64,000 bases of DNA from Candidatus Omnitrophota bacterium (GCA_016930485.1 JAFGGP010000050.1:15370-79369); one strand, 5' to 3'. Counted from the stretch's first letter, positions 19,064 through 29,790 are shown. Notes: a model not told the origin generated them from the letters alone. Numbers and translations are program-made.

Positions 19064-22000
19064 TGCGAACTGCAAAAGCAGATCCTTTCAGGGGCTCATG
19101 GTAACGCAATTTCTCGGGGCCTTTAACGACAACGCCTTCAAGGTAGTGGTTTCGCTCCTGGCCCTTAGGAATATGCCACAGACCGCAGAAGGTGCGCAGT
19201 TTGTCAGCATGATCGGTGCATTATTTATTATTCCCTTTATACTGTTTTCGCCGTACGCCGGGTTTCTTGCCGATAGATTTTCAAAGCGGTCCGTTATTAT
19301 AGCAGCAAAAATTGCAGAGGCACTAGTGATGGGACTCGGATTTTTTGCCTTAGCTAGCGGAAATCTGCTTGGCCTGTGTGCAGTGCTTTTTCTCCTTTCT
19401 GCGCAAAGCGCCTTCTTCAGTCCTGCTAAATACGGTATCCTTCCCGAGATTCTTGATAATGCCGAACTTTCAAAAGGAAACGGCTATTTGCAGATGTGGA
19501 CGTTTCTGGCGATTATTTTTGGCACTGCCTGCGGCGGGCAGATTGTAACTATCTTTTTCGATATCTCGTATGCTTCGATATTTTTTATTTTTATCTCTGC
19601 TGTTGGTATAGCTGCGAGCATCTTCATCACTCGGGTGCCGGCACACCCTGCCCAGCAGTTTGAAGTCAATGCGTTCCGAAATACAGTACGTACCATAAAA
19701 GACATCAAGCGAAATAAACCGCTTTTTCTGACACTGGTTGCTATCTGTTACTTCTGGTTTTCAGGAGCGGTATTTCAGATGAATGCTATTCTATTCGGCA
19801 AGACCGTACTTGTACTTTCTGAAATTCAGGTGAGCATTCTACTGACAGCGGCCGCTTTTGGGATTGGATTGGGGAGCGCGCTTGCCGGCCGTCTTTCCGG
19901 CGGCAAGGTAGAGTTTGGACTTGTGCCGGTCGGCGCCCTTGGGATGACAGCGTTTTATCTGATGTTAGGAAACCGCCTATTGAGTTTTTCACAGACATTG
20001 CTTTTTGTCTTGTTTATTGGCATATTCGGAGGGTTTTTTATTATTCCGCTCAACGCATACTTTCAACAGCAGAGCCCCCCGGCGGAACGTGGCCGGTTCC
20101 TTGCCGCCTCTAATCTGCTTTCTTCAATGGGCATACTTTTTGCGTCGGTGATATTATGGTTTTTGGGGACGGTAATCGGTTTTGATGCGGCACGCATCTT
20201 TTCAATCATGGGGTTGCTTTCATTCGCGGCGATGCTTTATATCTTTAGGACGCTGCCAGACACATTCCTGCGTTTTTTCAACTGGGTACTGACCCACACG
20301 ATCTACCGCGTGCGGGTTTCGGGGATTGAGCATATTCCACAGGAAGGAGGCGCCCTTATCGTTTGTAATCATGTATCGTATGTTGACCCGTCACTTTTAC
20401 TCGCCTCGGTCCAACGGCCAATTCGTTTTCTGATATACCGAGGGATATACGATAACGTTTTTCTCAAACCATTTTGCAGGATCGTGAAGGGCATTCCTGT
20501 ATCGCTGTATGACGGGCCCAAGGCAATGATGAAATCGCTCAAGGAGGCGCGCGAGGCGATAGAGGCCGGTGATCTTGTCTGCATTTTTGCCGAAGGCGGA
20601 CTCACCAGAACCGGAAACATGCTTCCTTTTAATCAGGGATTCGAGCATATCATGAAAGACCTTGACGCCCCGATTATTCCTGCGTGTATCGACAGTATCT
20701 GGGGCAGCGTCTTTACTTATGAAAACGGCAGATATTTCTGGAAGATGCCGAAACGATTTCCGCATCCGATAGCTGTTTGCTTTGGTGCGGCGCTGCCCTC
20801 TTTTTCCAAAACCCATCAGGTGCGTCTTGCGGTGCAGGAGCTCATGGCGGACGCATTTGCGATGCGGGGACCGGAGCAGAAAAAACTGCACATAGAGTTT
20901 ATCCACGAGGCCAAGAAACATCCCTTTAGGTTCTGTATGGCCGACTCAACCGGTGTGCGACTGAGCTATATAAAAGTATTGACTGCGGTGATGGTTATGT
21001 CACAACAGCTGTTTGGAAAGGATGAGGAAGAATCTCCGGATGAGATGGTAGGGGTATATCTGCCCGCGTCATGTGCGGCCTCACTGGTAAACGGGGCCAT
21101 TCTTTTTTCAGGAAAGATACCGGTTAACCTTAATTTTACCGGGTCGAAGGAAAGCCTTGATTCCGCCGTCAGGCAGTGTGGTATGCGACGGATTGTCACC
21201 TCACGGAAGTTTCTTGAGAAGGCGTCCTTGGAAGAGCGTGAGGGCATGATATTTCTCGAAGATATCCAAAAAGAGATTACTCAGTCAGAGAGGATCAAAA
21301 CGCTTCTTGCGGCACTGCTCCTGCCACCCGCCCTTATCAAGATATTTTTTGTAAAAGGAAACAAGGTTAACACAAATGATGTAGCGACGATTATCTTTTC
21401 AAGCGGCAGCACGGGCGAACCAAAAGGGGTGATGCTGACCCATACAAATATTTTTTCTAATATCGAAGGCCTTTACCAGGTGCTCAATCTTCGCAGAGGC
21501 GATGTGGTCATGGGGGTTTTACCTTTTTTTCATTCATTCGGTTTTACCGCAACACTCTGTTGTCCGGTAGGTGTGGGTATCGGGGTAGTGTATCATGCTA
21601 ATCCGCTTGATGCCGGAACGGTCGGCCGGCTCATTAAAAAATATAAGGCAACGGTATTGATGGGGACCCCGACCTTTATCTCTGCCTATATGAGAAAATG
21701 CACGAAGGAGCAGTTTCAGAGCCTTCGGTATGTAGTGGTCGGCGCCGAGAAGCTTAAACAGAATGTCTCAGAGGCATTTTATGAAAAATTTAATCTTATT
21801 CCTTTCGAGGGTTATGGGGCTACCGAGCTTTCTCCTATTGTGTCTATGGGGATACCGGATTATATAAGCAGAAAAGAAGATATAACACAAACCGGCCATA
21901 AAGAGGGAACGGTGGGGCATCCTATTCCCGGCGTTGCGGCCAAAATAGTGAATCCTGATAGCTTTGAGCAACTTTCCACAGATGAGGAAGGACTTTTGCT

Positions 22001-22490
22001 TATCAAAGGGCCGAATGTCATGAAAGGTTATCTGAACCAGCCTGAAAAGACCAAGGAGGTAATTCGAGACGGCTGGTACATAAGCGGCGATATAGCCACC
22101 ATCGACAAGGACGGTTTTATCTGTATTACCGACCGGCTGAGCAGATTTAGCAAGATCGGCGGTGAGATGGTGCCGCATATAAAAATAGAAGGGGAAATCA
22201 GCAATATTCTGGGTGCGGTCGAACCGGTATGTGTAGTGACGGCGGTTCCGGATGAAAAGAAAGGCGAGAGACTTGCGGTTCTGTATACCGGGGATTTAAA
22301 TATAGAGGAAATCTGGGGGAGGCTCAATCAGCGGGAAATCCCGAAGCTCTGGATACCGAAGCGGGAACATTTTTATCAAGTTAAGGAAATCCCGCTCCTG
22401 GGAAGCGGGAAACTGGATTTGAAAAAAATAAAGTCAATGGCGCGGGAAATCGCCGCGTCTGCTACCGAAGGAGGTGCAAATGATGAATAA
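19056..22490 (+). CDS. aas: Fusion of LplT-like MFS transporter, PlsC-type acyltransferase and acyl-ACP synthetase (Aas)
   Basis: 1144 aa with about 12 N-terminal TM helices. Includes the NHVSYVDP (HX4D) acyltransferase motif and the AMP-binding motifs IIFSSGSTGEPKGV and GYGATE. Confidence 0.85.
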   Translation: MNNANCKSRSFQGLMVTQFLGAFNDNAFKVVVSLLALRNMPQTAEGAQFVSMIGALFIIPFILFSPYAGFLADRFSKRSVIIAAKIAEALVMGLGFFALASGNLLGLCAVLFLLSAQSAFFSPAKYGILPEILDNAELSKGNGYLQMWTFLAIIFGTACGGQIVTIFFDISYASIFFIFISAVGIAASIFITRVPAHPAQQFEVNAFRNTVRTIKDIKRNKPLFLTLVAICYFWFSGAVFQMNAILFGKTVLVLSEIQVSILLTAAAFGIGLGSALAGRLSGGKVEFGLVPVGALGMTAFYLMLGNRLLSFSQTLLFVLFIGIFGGFFIIPLNAYFQQQSPPAERGRFLAASNLLSSMGILFASVILWFLGTVIGFDAARIFSIMGLLSFAAMLYIFRTLPDTFLRFFNWVLTHTIYRVRVSGIEHIPQEGGALIVCNHVSYVDPSLLLASVQRPIRFLIYRGIYDNVFLKPFCRIVKGIPVSLYDGPKAMMKSLKEAREAIEAGDLVCIFAEGGLTRTGNMLPFNQGFEHIMKDLDAPIIPACIDSIWGSVFTYENGRYFWKMPKRFPHPIAVCFGAALPSFSKTHQVRLAVQELMADAFAMRGPEQKKLHIEFIHEAKKHPFRFCMADSTGVRLSYIKVLTAVMVMSQQLFGKDEEESPDEMVGVYLPASCAASLVNGAILFSGKIPVNLNFTGSKESLDSAVRQCGMRRIVTSRKFLEKASLEEREGMIFLEDIQKEITQSERIKTLLAALLLPPALIKIFFVKGNKVNTNDVATIIFSSGSTGEPKGVMLTHTNIFSNIEGLYQVLNLRRGDVVMGVLPFFHSFGFTATLCCPVGVGIGVVYHANPLDAGTVGRLIKKYKATVLMGTPTFISAYMRKCTKEQFQSLRYVVVGAEKLKQNVSEAFYEKFNLIPFEGYGATELSPIVSMGIPDYISRKEDITQTGHKEGTVGHPIPGVAAKIVNPDSFEQLSTDEEGLLLIKGPNVMKGYLNQPEKTKEVIRDGWYISGDIATIDKDGFICITDRLSRFSKIGGEMVPHIKIEGEISNILGAVEPVCVVTAVPDEKKGERLAVLYTGDLNIEEIWGRLNQREIPKLWIPKREHFYQVKEIPLLGSGKLDLKKIKSMAREIAASATEGGANDE

Positions 22491-24996
22491 AACCTACGTG
22501 GCTATTAAGGGACTGAGGCGTTTTTACCATGATGAAAAAGTAACTCGGCTCTTTATGAAATTAAGTGACTGGACCCATGAAAAGGCGGTGGCATTTCTGA
22601 AGGACAACGATGTCATTACGATAAAAACCGTCCCGCAGATGAAGGTACGAATGTTTTTTGAGGAACTTAAGCGATGCGGATATACCCTTATCGAAGAACC
22701 TTCAAGCGGAGGCGGATATGTCGTATCTGTCTATAACGATGAGCGGGAGGAGTTGAAGGTTATTAAGGATGAGATCTCTTTTCTTACGGTACGCGTACAG
22801 AAGCTGGAAGAGAAACTTAAGCAAAAGCAAGAAGCGATAGAGAAAATGCCCGATTTGCCAGAGGTCGAAGAAAAGCCTCTGACGGATGTCACTCAGACAA
22901 AAGAAATGCCTCCGATTGCAGAAGAGAAATACATGTTTCGTCCGCCTGCTGCACCATCTTTACAGAAGAGAGAACCGGAGATATCAGAACCAAAAGAGCG
23001 CTTGAGTTTTGAGGCAAAGATCGGAAGGGTCTGGCTTAACAGACTGGGAGTGGTTACGTTAGTTATGGGCGTTGCCTTTTTGGTAGGCTATGCCTCACGC
23101 CATTTTCTCTTAAGCCCGTTAGGCCGCAGCACTATCGCATTAGCTATTAGCGTTGGCTTGATCGGGCTAGGAAGGCACCTTATCAAAAAAGAGGGATACT
23201 ACTATTTTGCCATCGGGACATTAGGGGGCGGTTGGGCATCTCTGTATTTTGTGACCTATGCACTTTATCGGGTACCGGCAATACAGGTGATTTACAGCCC
23301 CACGCTTGATTTTTTATGTCTTTTAGGGGTTACTGCCTATATGATCGTTGATTCGCTTACCTTTAATTCGCGTGTACTTACCGTCATGGCTCATGCGCTC
23401 GGTTTTTTGACACTTCTTTTAAATCCAGCTTCTCTCTTTACACTCGGTGCCGCCCTACTGCTCATGATCTCTCTTTTTCTGGTTAGTTATGCGCGAGAGT
23501 GGAAAGGACTTGCTTTGATCGGTGTTGCGGGGGTATATGCTGCCCACATTGCCTGGTTGCATCCGCAGATATATGTAGGGCCCGGAGGATTCATCGATCA
23601 GTTTATATTTTCCAATATCTTAGTAAGGCATCTTTTTGTTGGACAGTGGTGGTATTCTGCAATGCCCGGATTCCAGGCCCTGTTAAGTCATATCAATCTA
23701 ACGCAACACCACCTATTTCTTTGTATTTACTGGATAGCTTTTTCCACAATACCTTATATTCTGTCGGCAGAAGACAATAGAATGCGTGAAACGACTAATA
23801 CCGTTACACTGGTGACCATGTTTGCGACTACTGCCTTACTTCATGCAACGGCCTTGGCGAATTATCCGGAATATGTATGGCTGGCAATGAGCGTTTTTGG
23901 TGCGCTCTATGCGATCAAGAAAGTGTGCTTGGTGAAGATAGGGAGAGAATCGTACGAAGAGGGGACCGATTCAGTGCTGGCACTTTCGCTTTTTACCTAC
24001 GCTATTGTGGACAAATGTACTGGAATCGGCGAACTGCTGCTTCTTGCAATTGAGGCCTACCTGCTGGTCGAGGTTGGTGTACGGTTAAAGGATTATAAGT
24101 ACAGGGTGTTTGCGACAGCCGTTGCTATTATCACCTGCCTCAGATTCATTGTATACGGATATAATCCCGACGAAATTCTTATACTTGGATTATCAAAATC
24201 GTTTATTACCGCGGTAGTACTGGCTATTACGACGTTTGCATGTGCGAGACGCCTAGAAATAAGTTCATCGCTTTTGAAGGAATACGAGAAAAAAAAGATC
24301 GGCATTTTTCACGGTCTTACATGCGTATTTCTTGCTCTCGGTGCTATCGGCGAGTTCTCAGGCATCAATCGCATCCTAGCCATAACCGTTGCCTTGGTCA
24401 TTTTTAATGAGATGGAGATGTGGGGAAAGTGGTTTGCTTACCGTCTTGCCTCGATTATATCCGGCGGTCTGGCAAGTATGATGCTTCTGGGCGATGTCAT
24501 AGGTGGCCGATGGCCTCATTCGTGGCATGCGGATATAAGTTATGCGGGGCTTTCACAGCCATTTCTTTTGAGCTGTTTGTGTCTTACCGGTTTTTATTGC
24601 TGCTCCTATCGCATCAAAAAAAATGCATACTTCCCGACACAAGAGAGCCTCGCCTTTTCATATTATTCCCTTATTTGGGCGGCGATGGTGCTCGGTTTTT
24701 TTATAATAGTACCGGAGTTTGATAATCGCTGGTATTCACTGGTGTGGGGCATCGAAGGATTTATATTACTGTGTACGGGTTTATTAATCAGGGTGCGGCA
24801 TTTTCGTTATGGCGGACTCGCATTTTTCAGCATCGTACTTATAAAATTGTTTTTTGTGGATATTATCGGATTGCCGATAGTCTACAAAATTATTTCGTTT
24901 CTCGCATTAGGCGCTGCGCTTCTGAGCGCTTCATTTTTCTACTCGAGATTCAAGGCGCTTTTCAGCGACGAGAAAAATATGAGAAAGCTATCATGA
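22480..24996 (+). CDS. DUF2339-like polytopic membrane protein with soluble coiled-coil N-domain
   Basis: About 838 aa. A soluble N-terminal domain and coiled coil (LEEKLKQKQEAIEK) precede more than 15 TM helices. Overlaps the upstream gene by 11 nt. Confidence 0.55.
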   Translation: MMNKTYVAIKGLRRFYHDEKVTRLFMKLSDWTHEKAVAFLKDNDVITIKTVPQMKVRMFFEELKRCGYTLIEEPSSGGGYVVSVYNDEREELKVIKDEISFLTVRVQKLEEKLKQKQEAIEKMPDLPEVEEKPLTDVTQTKEMPPIAEEKYMFRPPAAPSLQKREPEISEPKERLSFEAKIGRVWLNRLGVVTLVMGVAFLVGYASRHFLLSPLGRSTIALAISVGLIGLGRHLIKKEGYYYFAIGTLGGGWASLYFVTYALYRVPAIQVIYSPTLDFLCLLGVTAYMIVDSLTFNSRVLTVMAHALGFLTLLLNPASLFTLGAALLLMISLFLVSYAREWKGLALIGVAGVYAAHIAWLHPQIYVGPGGFIDQFIFSNILVRHLFVGQWWYSAMPGFQALLSHINLTQHHLFLCIYWIAFSTIPYILSAEDNRMRETTNTVTLVTMFATTALLHATALANYPEYVWLAMSVFGALYAIKKVCLVKIGRESYEEGTDSVLALSLFTYAIVDKCTGIGELLLLAIEAYLLVEVGVRLKDYKYRVFATAVAIITCLRFIVYGYNPDEILILGLSKSFITAVVLAITTFACARRLEISSSLLKEYEKKKIGIFHGLTCVFLALGAIGEFSGINRILAITVALVIFNEMEMWGKWFAYRLASIISGGLASMMLLGDVIGGRWPHSWHADISYAGLSQPFLLSCLCLTGFYCCSYRIKKNAYFPTQESLAFSYYSLIWAAMVLGFFIIVPEFDNRWYSLVWGIEGFILLCTGLLIRVRHFRYGGLAFFSIVLIKLFFVDIIGLPIVYKIISFLALGAALLSASFFYSRFKALFSDEKNMRKLS

Positions 24997-25757
24997 AGAA
25001 TCTGTTTAACGAACTCTTCAGGCCGCGAGACCCCTATAGCCTTTTTACAGAGGATGGCATAGGAATAGCCTTTCATCACTACAGGAAGGAAGGCTCAAAA
25101 GTGATTATTTTGGCACACGGGTTTTACAATAATAAAGATGCCTATCTTTTTCGGTATATAGCCGCCTCGATTTTTAAAGAGTATCCTGTAATCAGTTTTG
25201 ACTTCCGTGGCCACGGACAAAGCGAGGGGCTTTTTAGCTGGACCAGTGATGAAGAAAAAGACCTCCGGGCAGTTATAGCCTATGCTAGGCAAAATGGATA
25301 TGAGAAGATTGGGGTGGTTGGTTTTTCGCTCGGCGCAGCGGTTGCTATTGTTGAGGCTGCCAAGAATGATGTCATTGATAGTGTTATTGCCGTGAGCGCG
25401 CCCTATGATTTTTGGAAAATTAACTGTCACTTTTGGAAAGAAGATATGCTCGATGACCTAGTGCTGAATGTGGGACCTAAGGGAAAAGGTAAGGGAGTGC
25501 GACCGGGCAGTCCTTTTCGAGAGAAAGTCAGTCCCATTAGTGTAGTAAACTCTATTGCACCCAAGCCAATTCTTTTTATTCACGGAAAAAAAGACTGGTT
25601 GATACATTATTCACACAGTGAAAAATTGTTTGAGGCGGCAGAGGAACCTAAAAAAATCGTCATACTTGAAGGAGCCGGACACGCCGAAAGAATATGTGAT
25701 GTCATGCCCGAGGAGTTTGAGCGGCTTTGTTTCGACTGGTTTCGTGAAACATTGTAA
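24993..25757 (+). CDS. Alpha/beta hydrolase
   Basis: GFSLGA nucleophile elbow and GAGHAE near the C-terminus. ATGA overlap with the upstream stop. The N-terminal extension in the track ORF (24744) overlaps the previous gene and was trimmed. Confidence 0.8.
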   Translation: MKNLFNELFRPRDPYSLFTEDGIGIAFHHYRKEGSKVIILAHGFYNNKDAYLFRYIAASIFKEYPVISFDFRGHGQSEGLFSWTSDEEKDLRAVIAYARQNGYEKIGVVGFSLGAAVAIVEAAKNDVIDSVIAVSAPYDFWKINCHFWKEDMLDDLVLNVGPKGKGKGVRPGSPFREKVSPISVVNSIAPKPILFIHGKKDWLIHYSHSEKLFEAAEEPKKIVILEGAGHAERICDVMPEEFERLCFDWFRETL

Positions 25758-25796
25758 CACGAGCTTGTTTTTACAATTAAAACTAGGAGGCGCATT

Positions 25797-27038
25797 ATGA
25801 AAAAAAAGATATTATTCACTGTAGTGGTGCTCATTTTTTTGAGCATACTTACTGCTATTGCTGTTTTTTCGGTAAGTGAGAATCAGTATATAAACGACAA
25901 TTATAGGATTAGTATTACCGGACCGAGCGGTTGGAAAATGCAAGAACAACCGTCTCGAGGAACGCTCGTTTCTTTCACTAAAGGCCCATCCACCTTGCCT
26001 GGCATTGCTGTAGCCGTAGATGTCCTGGGCCCAGAACAAAAGACGAGTTTAGATTTTGCGCAGGATTTAATTGCTTACTATACGACCACTATGAAAGCGA
26101 CGATGATAGAGGCGCCAAAAGAGGTGCAGATTCAGGGTATGCAGGGGAGCAGCTTTATTCTCAAGAGTCCCGAAGGACCCAAGGGCGCATTTATATTAAA
26201 GCAGTACCTTATTGAAAAAGATCACAAGATAGTTTCGATAATGTATACAGCGTTTTCGAATGCATATGATCGCTACTCGCATGCATTCGAACAGACTGTT
26301 CAGACTTTTCGATTTCTTAGTCCGCGAGTTGTTCTCAAGGAATTTCAGGCATGCAGTGATTCCAGCGTTGCCTTTAAATCATTAGAGCAGGTCGATTATA
26401 AACCATTAAAGCAAGAATGCTTGGTTAGCATGGCAAACAGAGAGACATTTGAGGCTATATTGATCGTTCAGGATCGAACAAAGTCCGAGTTGGAAGACGA
26501 CGATTATGTTATTATGCAGTCAAATATCCAATATAATTCGCCAGCAGATTTTGAGATTTACGTCGGGGACTTCCTGCATAATGTAGGTGATATCTGGCGA
26601 GTTGTGGGGGATGATATTTATGTTAAAATTGGCACCTGGGTGCCTATGCCCAGCCAGACAGATAATCCAGAGATAAATAAAATCTTCACAGCACGCAAGC
26701 AGAGCTACCAGTCGCTTTCATTCGAAAAATATGTACAGTTGCTGCGAGATGAGGAGCCGGTAGGCATTGCGCAGAATGTGCAGGGGCGATATACGGTTCT
26801 TCGATTTCAAACAAATGATTCTGCCTATTTGATCGATTGGCTCCAGACAAATATTTGCCAGAGCGAAATAATAATCTGGATTGACAACAAAGACAAAACT
26901 ATTGCATTTGTCAAAACGCACACAACTGGGGTAGATGAGAATGGCAAAAATGTGGATGTCCTATTAGAACATTTATTCAACGCATATAATGTGCGTTATC
27001 GGTTGGGCATTCCTGAGATGCCATGGAAAGACAAATGA
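25797..27038 (+). CDS. Hypothetical exported protein
   Basis: 413 aa with an N-terminal TM/signal segment and SD TAGGAGG. No recognisable family. Confidence 0.5.
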   Translation: MKKKILFTVVVLIFLSILTAIAVFSVSENQYINDNYRISITGPSGWKMQEQPSRGTLVSFTKGPSTLPGIAVAVDVLGPEQKTSLDFAQDLIAYYTTTMKATMIEAPKEVQIQGMQGSSFILKSPEGPKGAFILKQYLIEKDHKIVSIMYTAFSNAYDRYSHAFEQTVQTFRFLSPRVVLKEFQACSDSSVAFKSLEQVDYKPLKQECLVSMANRETFEAILIVQDRTKSELEDDDYVIMQSNIQYNSPADFEIYVGDFLHNVGDIWRVVGDDIYVKIGTWVPMPSQTDNPEINKIFTARKQSYQSLSFEKYVQLLRDEEPVGIAQNVQGRYTVLRFQTNDSAYLIDWLQTNICQSEIIIWIDNKDKTIAFVKTHTTGVDENGKNVDVLLEHLFNAYNVRYRLGIPEMPWKDK

Positions 27039-27217
27039 GAAAAGAGATAATGCATACAGGACCTACTTCCTATTAGATGGCCGTCATCGGATAGTTGCAT
27101 TTTTCCGTGGAAAGATGTATAATACAATCTCAAATGAGGAAAAGATATCTACAGAAAAAAGTGAGGGAGAACCGGAGACGATCCGGCTTTTTTTATGCGT
27201 TAAGGGGGATAGAAAAA

Positions 27218-28042
27218 ATGAAACGCGGTTTGTGTATCTGCGTAATATATCTTTTCTGGGTAAGTGCATCTCATCTTGGCGCAGAGCAGGTCAGCGATCA
27301 TGACTTCGAGCTCAATAGCGAGATGTCGCATATCACGTATAAAGAACCCGGTCTTATGGAAGAAAAAGGGGAGATGTACGGAGCAGAGATCTCATATACC
27401 TATCGCCGGTACAATCCGCCTTTGCCCACATTCGGAATGATGCGATTTGCAGGAAGGATGAGTTACGGAACAGTCGATTATTCATCGGCGGTTTCCGGGA
27501 CGCTTGATACCATAGAAGACCGGATGTGGGAGATGCGGGTTGTAGCAGGTTGTGGTGTGTGTCTTTCAGATAGGACCAAAGTGACACCCTATACAGGCGT
27601 CGGCATCCGTTATCTCAACGATGATACAGGAGGGATGGTTTCCTCGAAAGGAGACTATGGTTATGAGCGCGAGTCCCGTTATTACTACAGTCCAATCGGC
27701 CTCGAGACATCCTTTGCCATCACCCAACAGTGGTCCGTCGGCATGAGCATCGAGTATGATTATTTCTGGGAGGGATGTCAGACCAGTCGTCTGAGCGATG
27801 TCAATTTGGGATATAGTGATGTCAAAAACAGACAGACAGACGGCTACGGTTATCGAGGGGCGTTGCGTCTTGAGAAAAAAACCGAACAGGTAGATATTAT
27901 AGTAGAGTCTTTCCTCAGAAAATGGAAAATCAGCGATTCAGAGATCGATCCCGTCTATTACAATAATGTATTGGTTGGCTATGGATATGAACCGAAGAAC
28001 GAGTCTACGGAGTATGGACTGAAGGCGGGGGTTAAGTTTTAA
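27218..28042 (+). CDS. Outer-membrane beta-barrel protein (hypothetical)
   Basis: Signal peptide MKRGLCICVIYLFWVSASHLGA, alternating beta-strand pattern rich in Y/G, C-terminal GVKF. Start trimmed from 27095. Confidence 0.55.
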   Translation: MKRGLCICVIYLFWVSASHLGAEQVSDHDFELNSEMSHITYKEPGLMEEKGEMYGAEISYTYRRYNPPLPTFGMMRFAGRMSYGTVDYSSAVSGTLDTIEDRMWEMRVVAGCGVCLSDRTKVTPYTGVGIRYLNDDTGGMVSSKGDYGYERESRYYYSPIGLETSFAITQQWSVGMSIEYDYFWEGCQTSRLSDVNLGYSDVKNRQTDGYGYRGALRLEKKTEQVDIIVESFLRKWKISDSEIDPVYYNNVLVGYGYEPKNESTEYGLKAGVKF

Positions 28043-28149
28043 AAAGGTATAGGACAGCCATAATTTGATAAAACCAGGATGCCCAGGAGGCTAACATTCT
28101 GGCTTGCTTGTTATAACAGCATTCCTCGTAATACAATAAAAGCATCTCT

Positions 28150-28845
28150 ATGAAAAACGCATCTGCACCAGCTTTTGTTGCTGTAATAGCCCTCTTTTTT
28201 ATTGTGTTTTTCCTGCCTTGTTATTTGCATGCCGAAAACTATATAGAGTGCATTCAGGTCGGAGACAAAACTGTCCAACTGGATATATATAATCCTGCAA
28301 TTCGTGATTGTCCGGTTGCCATTCTTCTTCACGGCGGGGCTGGCATTTCAGGAGACCGCGCAGTGCGGTATAAGAATTTTGCTACGGATCTTATGGAGGA
28401 GGGGATTCTCGCCATAAATGTGCACTACTTCGATGTCTCTAGTCAAAGTTGGCAGAAGGCGATCTACCATGCCATAGATTACGCCGAGGCCATTCCCAAT
28501 GCTAATAAAAGCAAGATCGCATTGGTCGGCTATTCCCTCGGAGGAAGTCTGGCGTTTACTGTTGCAGCAAAGGATGATCGGGTAATGCTTCTTGCGGTAA
28601 ATAATGCCTGTCTACCCCTGTTTTTTAACAAGAGAGAGGCAGCGAAACTTCCCAAGACGCTTATGATCAGCGGGAGCAAAGATTCCTCAATCCGCAGCCT
28701 TTTTAAGTTGTACGATTGGCGCAAGGAACAGCGGAAGCCGTTTCTGGTTAAGATTAACGAGGGGTACGGACACAGCGTACCTATGGATATATTCGAAGAG
28801 AACTGGCGTGCCATCCTCAGTTTTCTTAAGGCCAATCTCCTATAA
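28150..28845 (+). CDS. Alpha/beta hydrolase (esterase/dienelactone-hydrolase-like), secreted
   Basis: Signal peptide, LLHGGAG oxyanion region, GYSLGG nucleophile elbow and a late GYGHS His. Confidence 0.75.
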   Translation: MKNASAPAFVAVIALFFIVFFLPCYLHAENYIECIQVGDKTVQLDIYNPAIRDCPVAILLHGGAGISGDRAVRYKNFATDLMEEGILAINVHYFDVSSQSWQKAIYHAIDYAEAIPNANKSKIALVGYSLGGSLAFTVAAKDDRVMLLAVNNACLPLFFNKREAAKLPKTLMISGSKDSSIRSLFKLYDWRKEQRKPFLVKINEGYGHSVPMDIFEENWRAILSFLKANLL

Positions 28846-28926
28846 TTTAACTTATTGACTTATGGTGAGTTCGGGCATATTATAATTTTATAACATATAA
28901 CCGTTTCGCCCAACAAGGACAGGGTC

Positions 28927-29739
28927 ATGGCATCCCGCACCAAGACAAAAGAGCAGTTAGCGCAGGAGGGCAATCTTCTTAAAAACAAGATGCGACGGCT
29001 GGAAAAGGCGGGAGGCTCGAGAGGGATCTCTGGGAGAGGAAAGAGAAAAGAACGGTTTCAGATTTTGGTCGAGACCATACCCGATGTGATCTACGAACTT
29101 GACGCAAAGGGCGTCTTTACCTTTGTCAGCAGATCGATCGAAAATCTTGGTTATACCCCAAAGGAGCTTATCGGCAAACACTTTCAGGAGATAATCCACC
29201 CCGATGATCTACAACGGGTCAGCCGGCAGGTTATCCTTAAGCAACTGAAGGGTGCCAATACCGGTGATGTAGCAAGCCCGAAGCTTTTTGATGAGCGCCG
29301 CACCACGACAAGAATGACAAAACATCTCGAGACCAAGCTACTCCTGAAGAATAAAAAGGCAAACTCCGATGATGACCGCTTTTTCGAGATACACGTTTCA
29401 CTTCATTCATCCGGCAAATGGGGTACGACGTCTGTTGCAGGACGTAAGAAGTTTCTTGGGAGTATCGGCATCATCAGAGATATCACCGAACACAAAAAAA
29501 TAGAGCAGGAGCGCGAGGAGCTGATCGCAGAACTGAAAGAGGCCCTTGCCAAGGTAAAGAAACTGAAAGGGCTCCTGCCGATTTGTGCATCATGTCGGAA
29601 AGTTCGGGATGATGCGGGATACTGGCAGAAGCTCGAAACGTATATCTGCGAACATGCCGAGGTTGATTTTAGCCACGGGATCTGCCCCGAGTGTATTAAA
29701 AAACTATATCCGAAGCTTGCCAAGAAAAAACAGGGGTGA
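28927..29739 (+). CDS. PAS-domain protein with C-terminal Cys-rich module
   Basis: PAS core (IPDVIYELDAKGVFTFVSRSIENLGYTPKELIGKHF), then a coiled coil, then LLPICASCRKVRDDAGYWQKLETYICEHAEVDFSHGICPEC. Confidence 0.7.
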   Translation: MASRTKTKEQLAQEGNLLKNKMRRLEKAGGSRGISGRGKRKERFQILVETIPDVIYELDAKGVFTFVSRSIENLGYTPKELIGKHFQEIIHPDDLQRVSRQVILKQLKGANTGDVASPKLFDERRTTTRMTKHLETKLLLKNKKANSDDDRFFEIHVSLHSSGKWGTTSVAGRKKFLGSIGIIRDITEHKKIEQEREELIAELKEALAKVKKLKGLLPICASCRKVRDDAGYWQKLETYICEHAEVDFSHGICPECIKKLYPKLAKKKQG

Positions 29740-29790
29740 TCCGTACCTTTTTTATCCCCATATGTTACAATACGGTTGTGAATTCCGGTC

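Noticed and set aside
24744-24992. N-terminal extensions in track ORFs (24744, 53515, 8589, 17611, 45409, 27095, 6158, 2648, 59757)
   Set aside because: The extensions overlap the preceding gene or repeat sequence and lack SDs. Internal starts with SDs and conserved N-termini were chosen instead.
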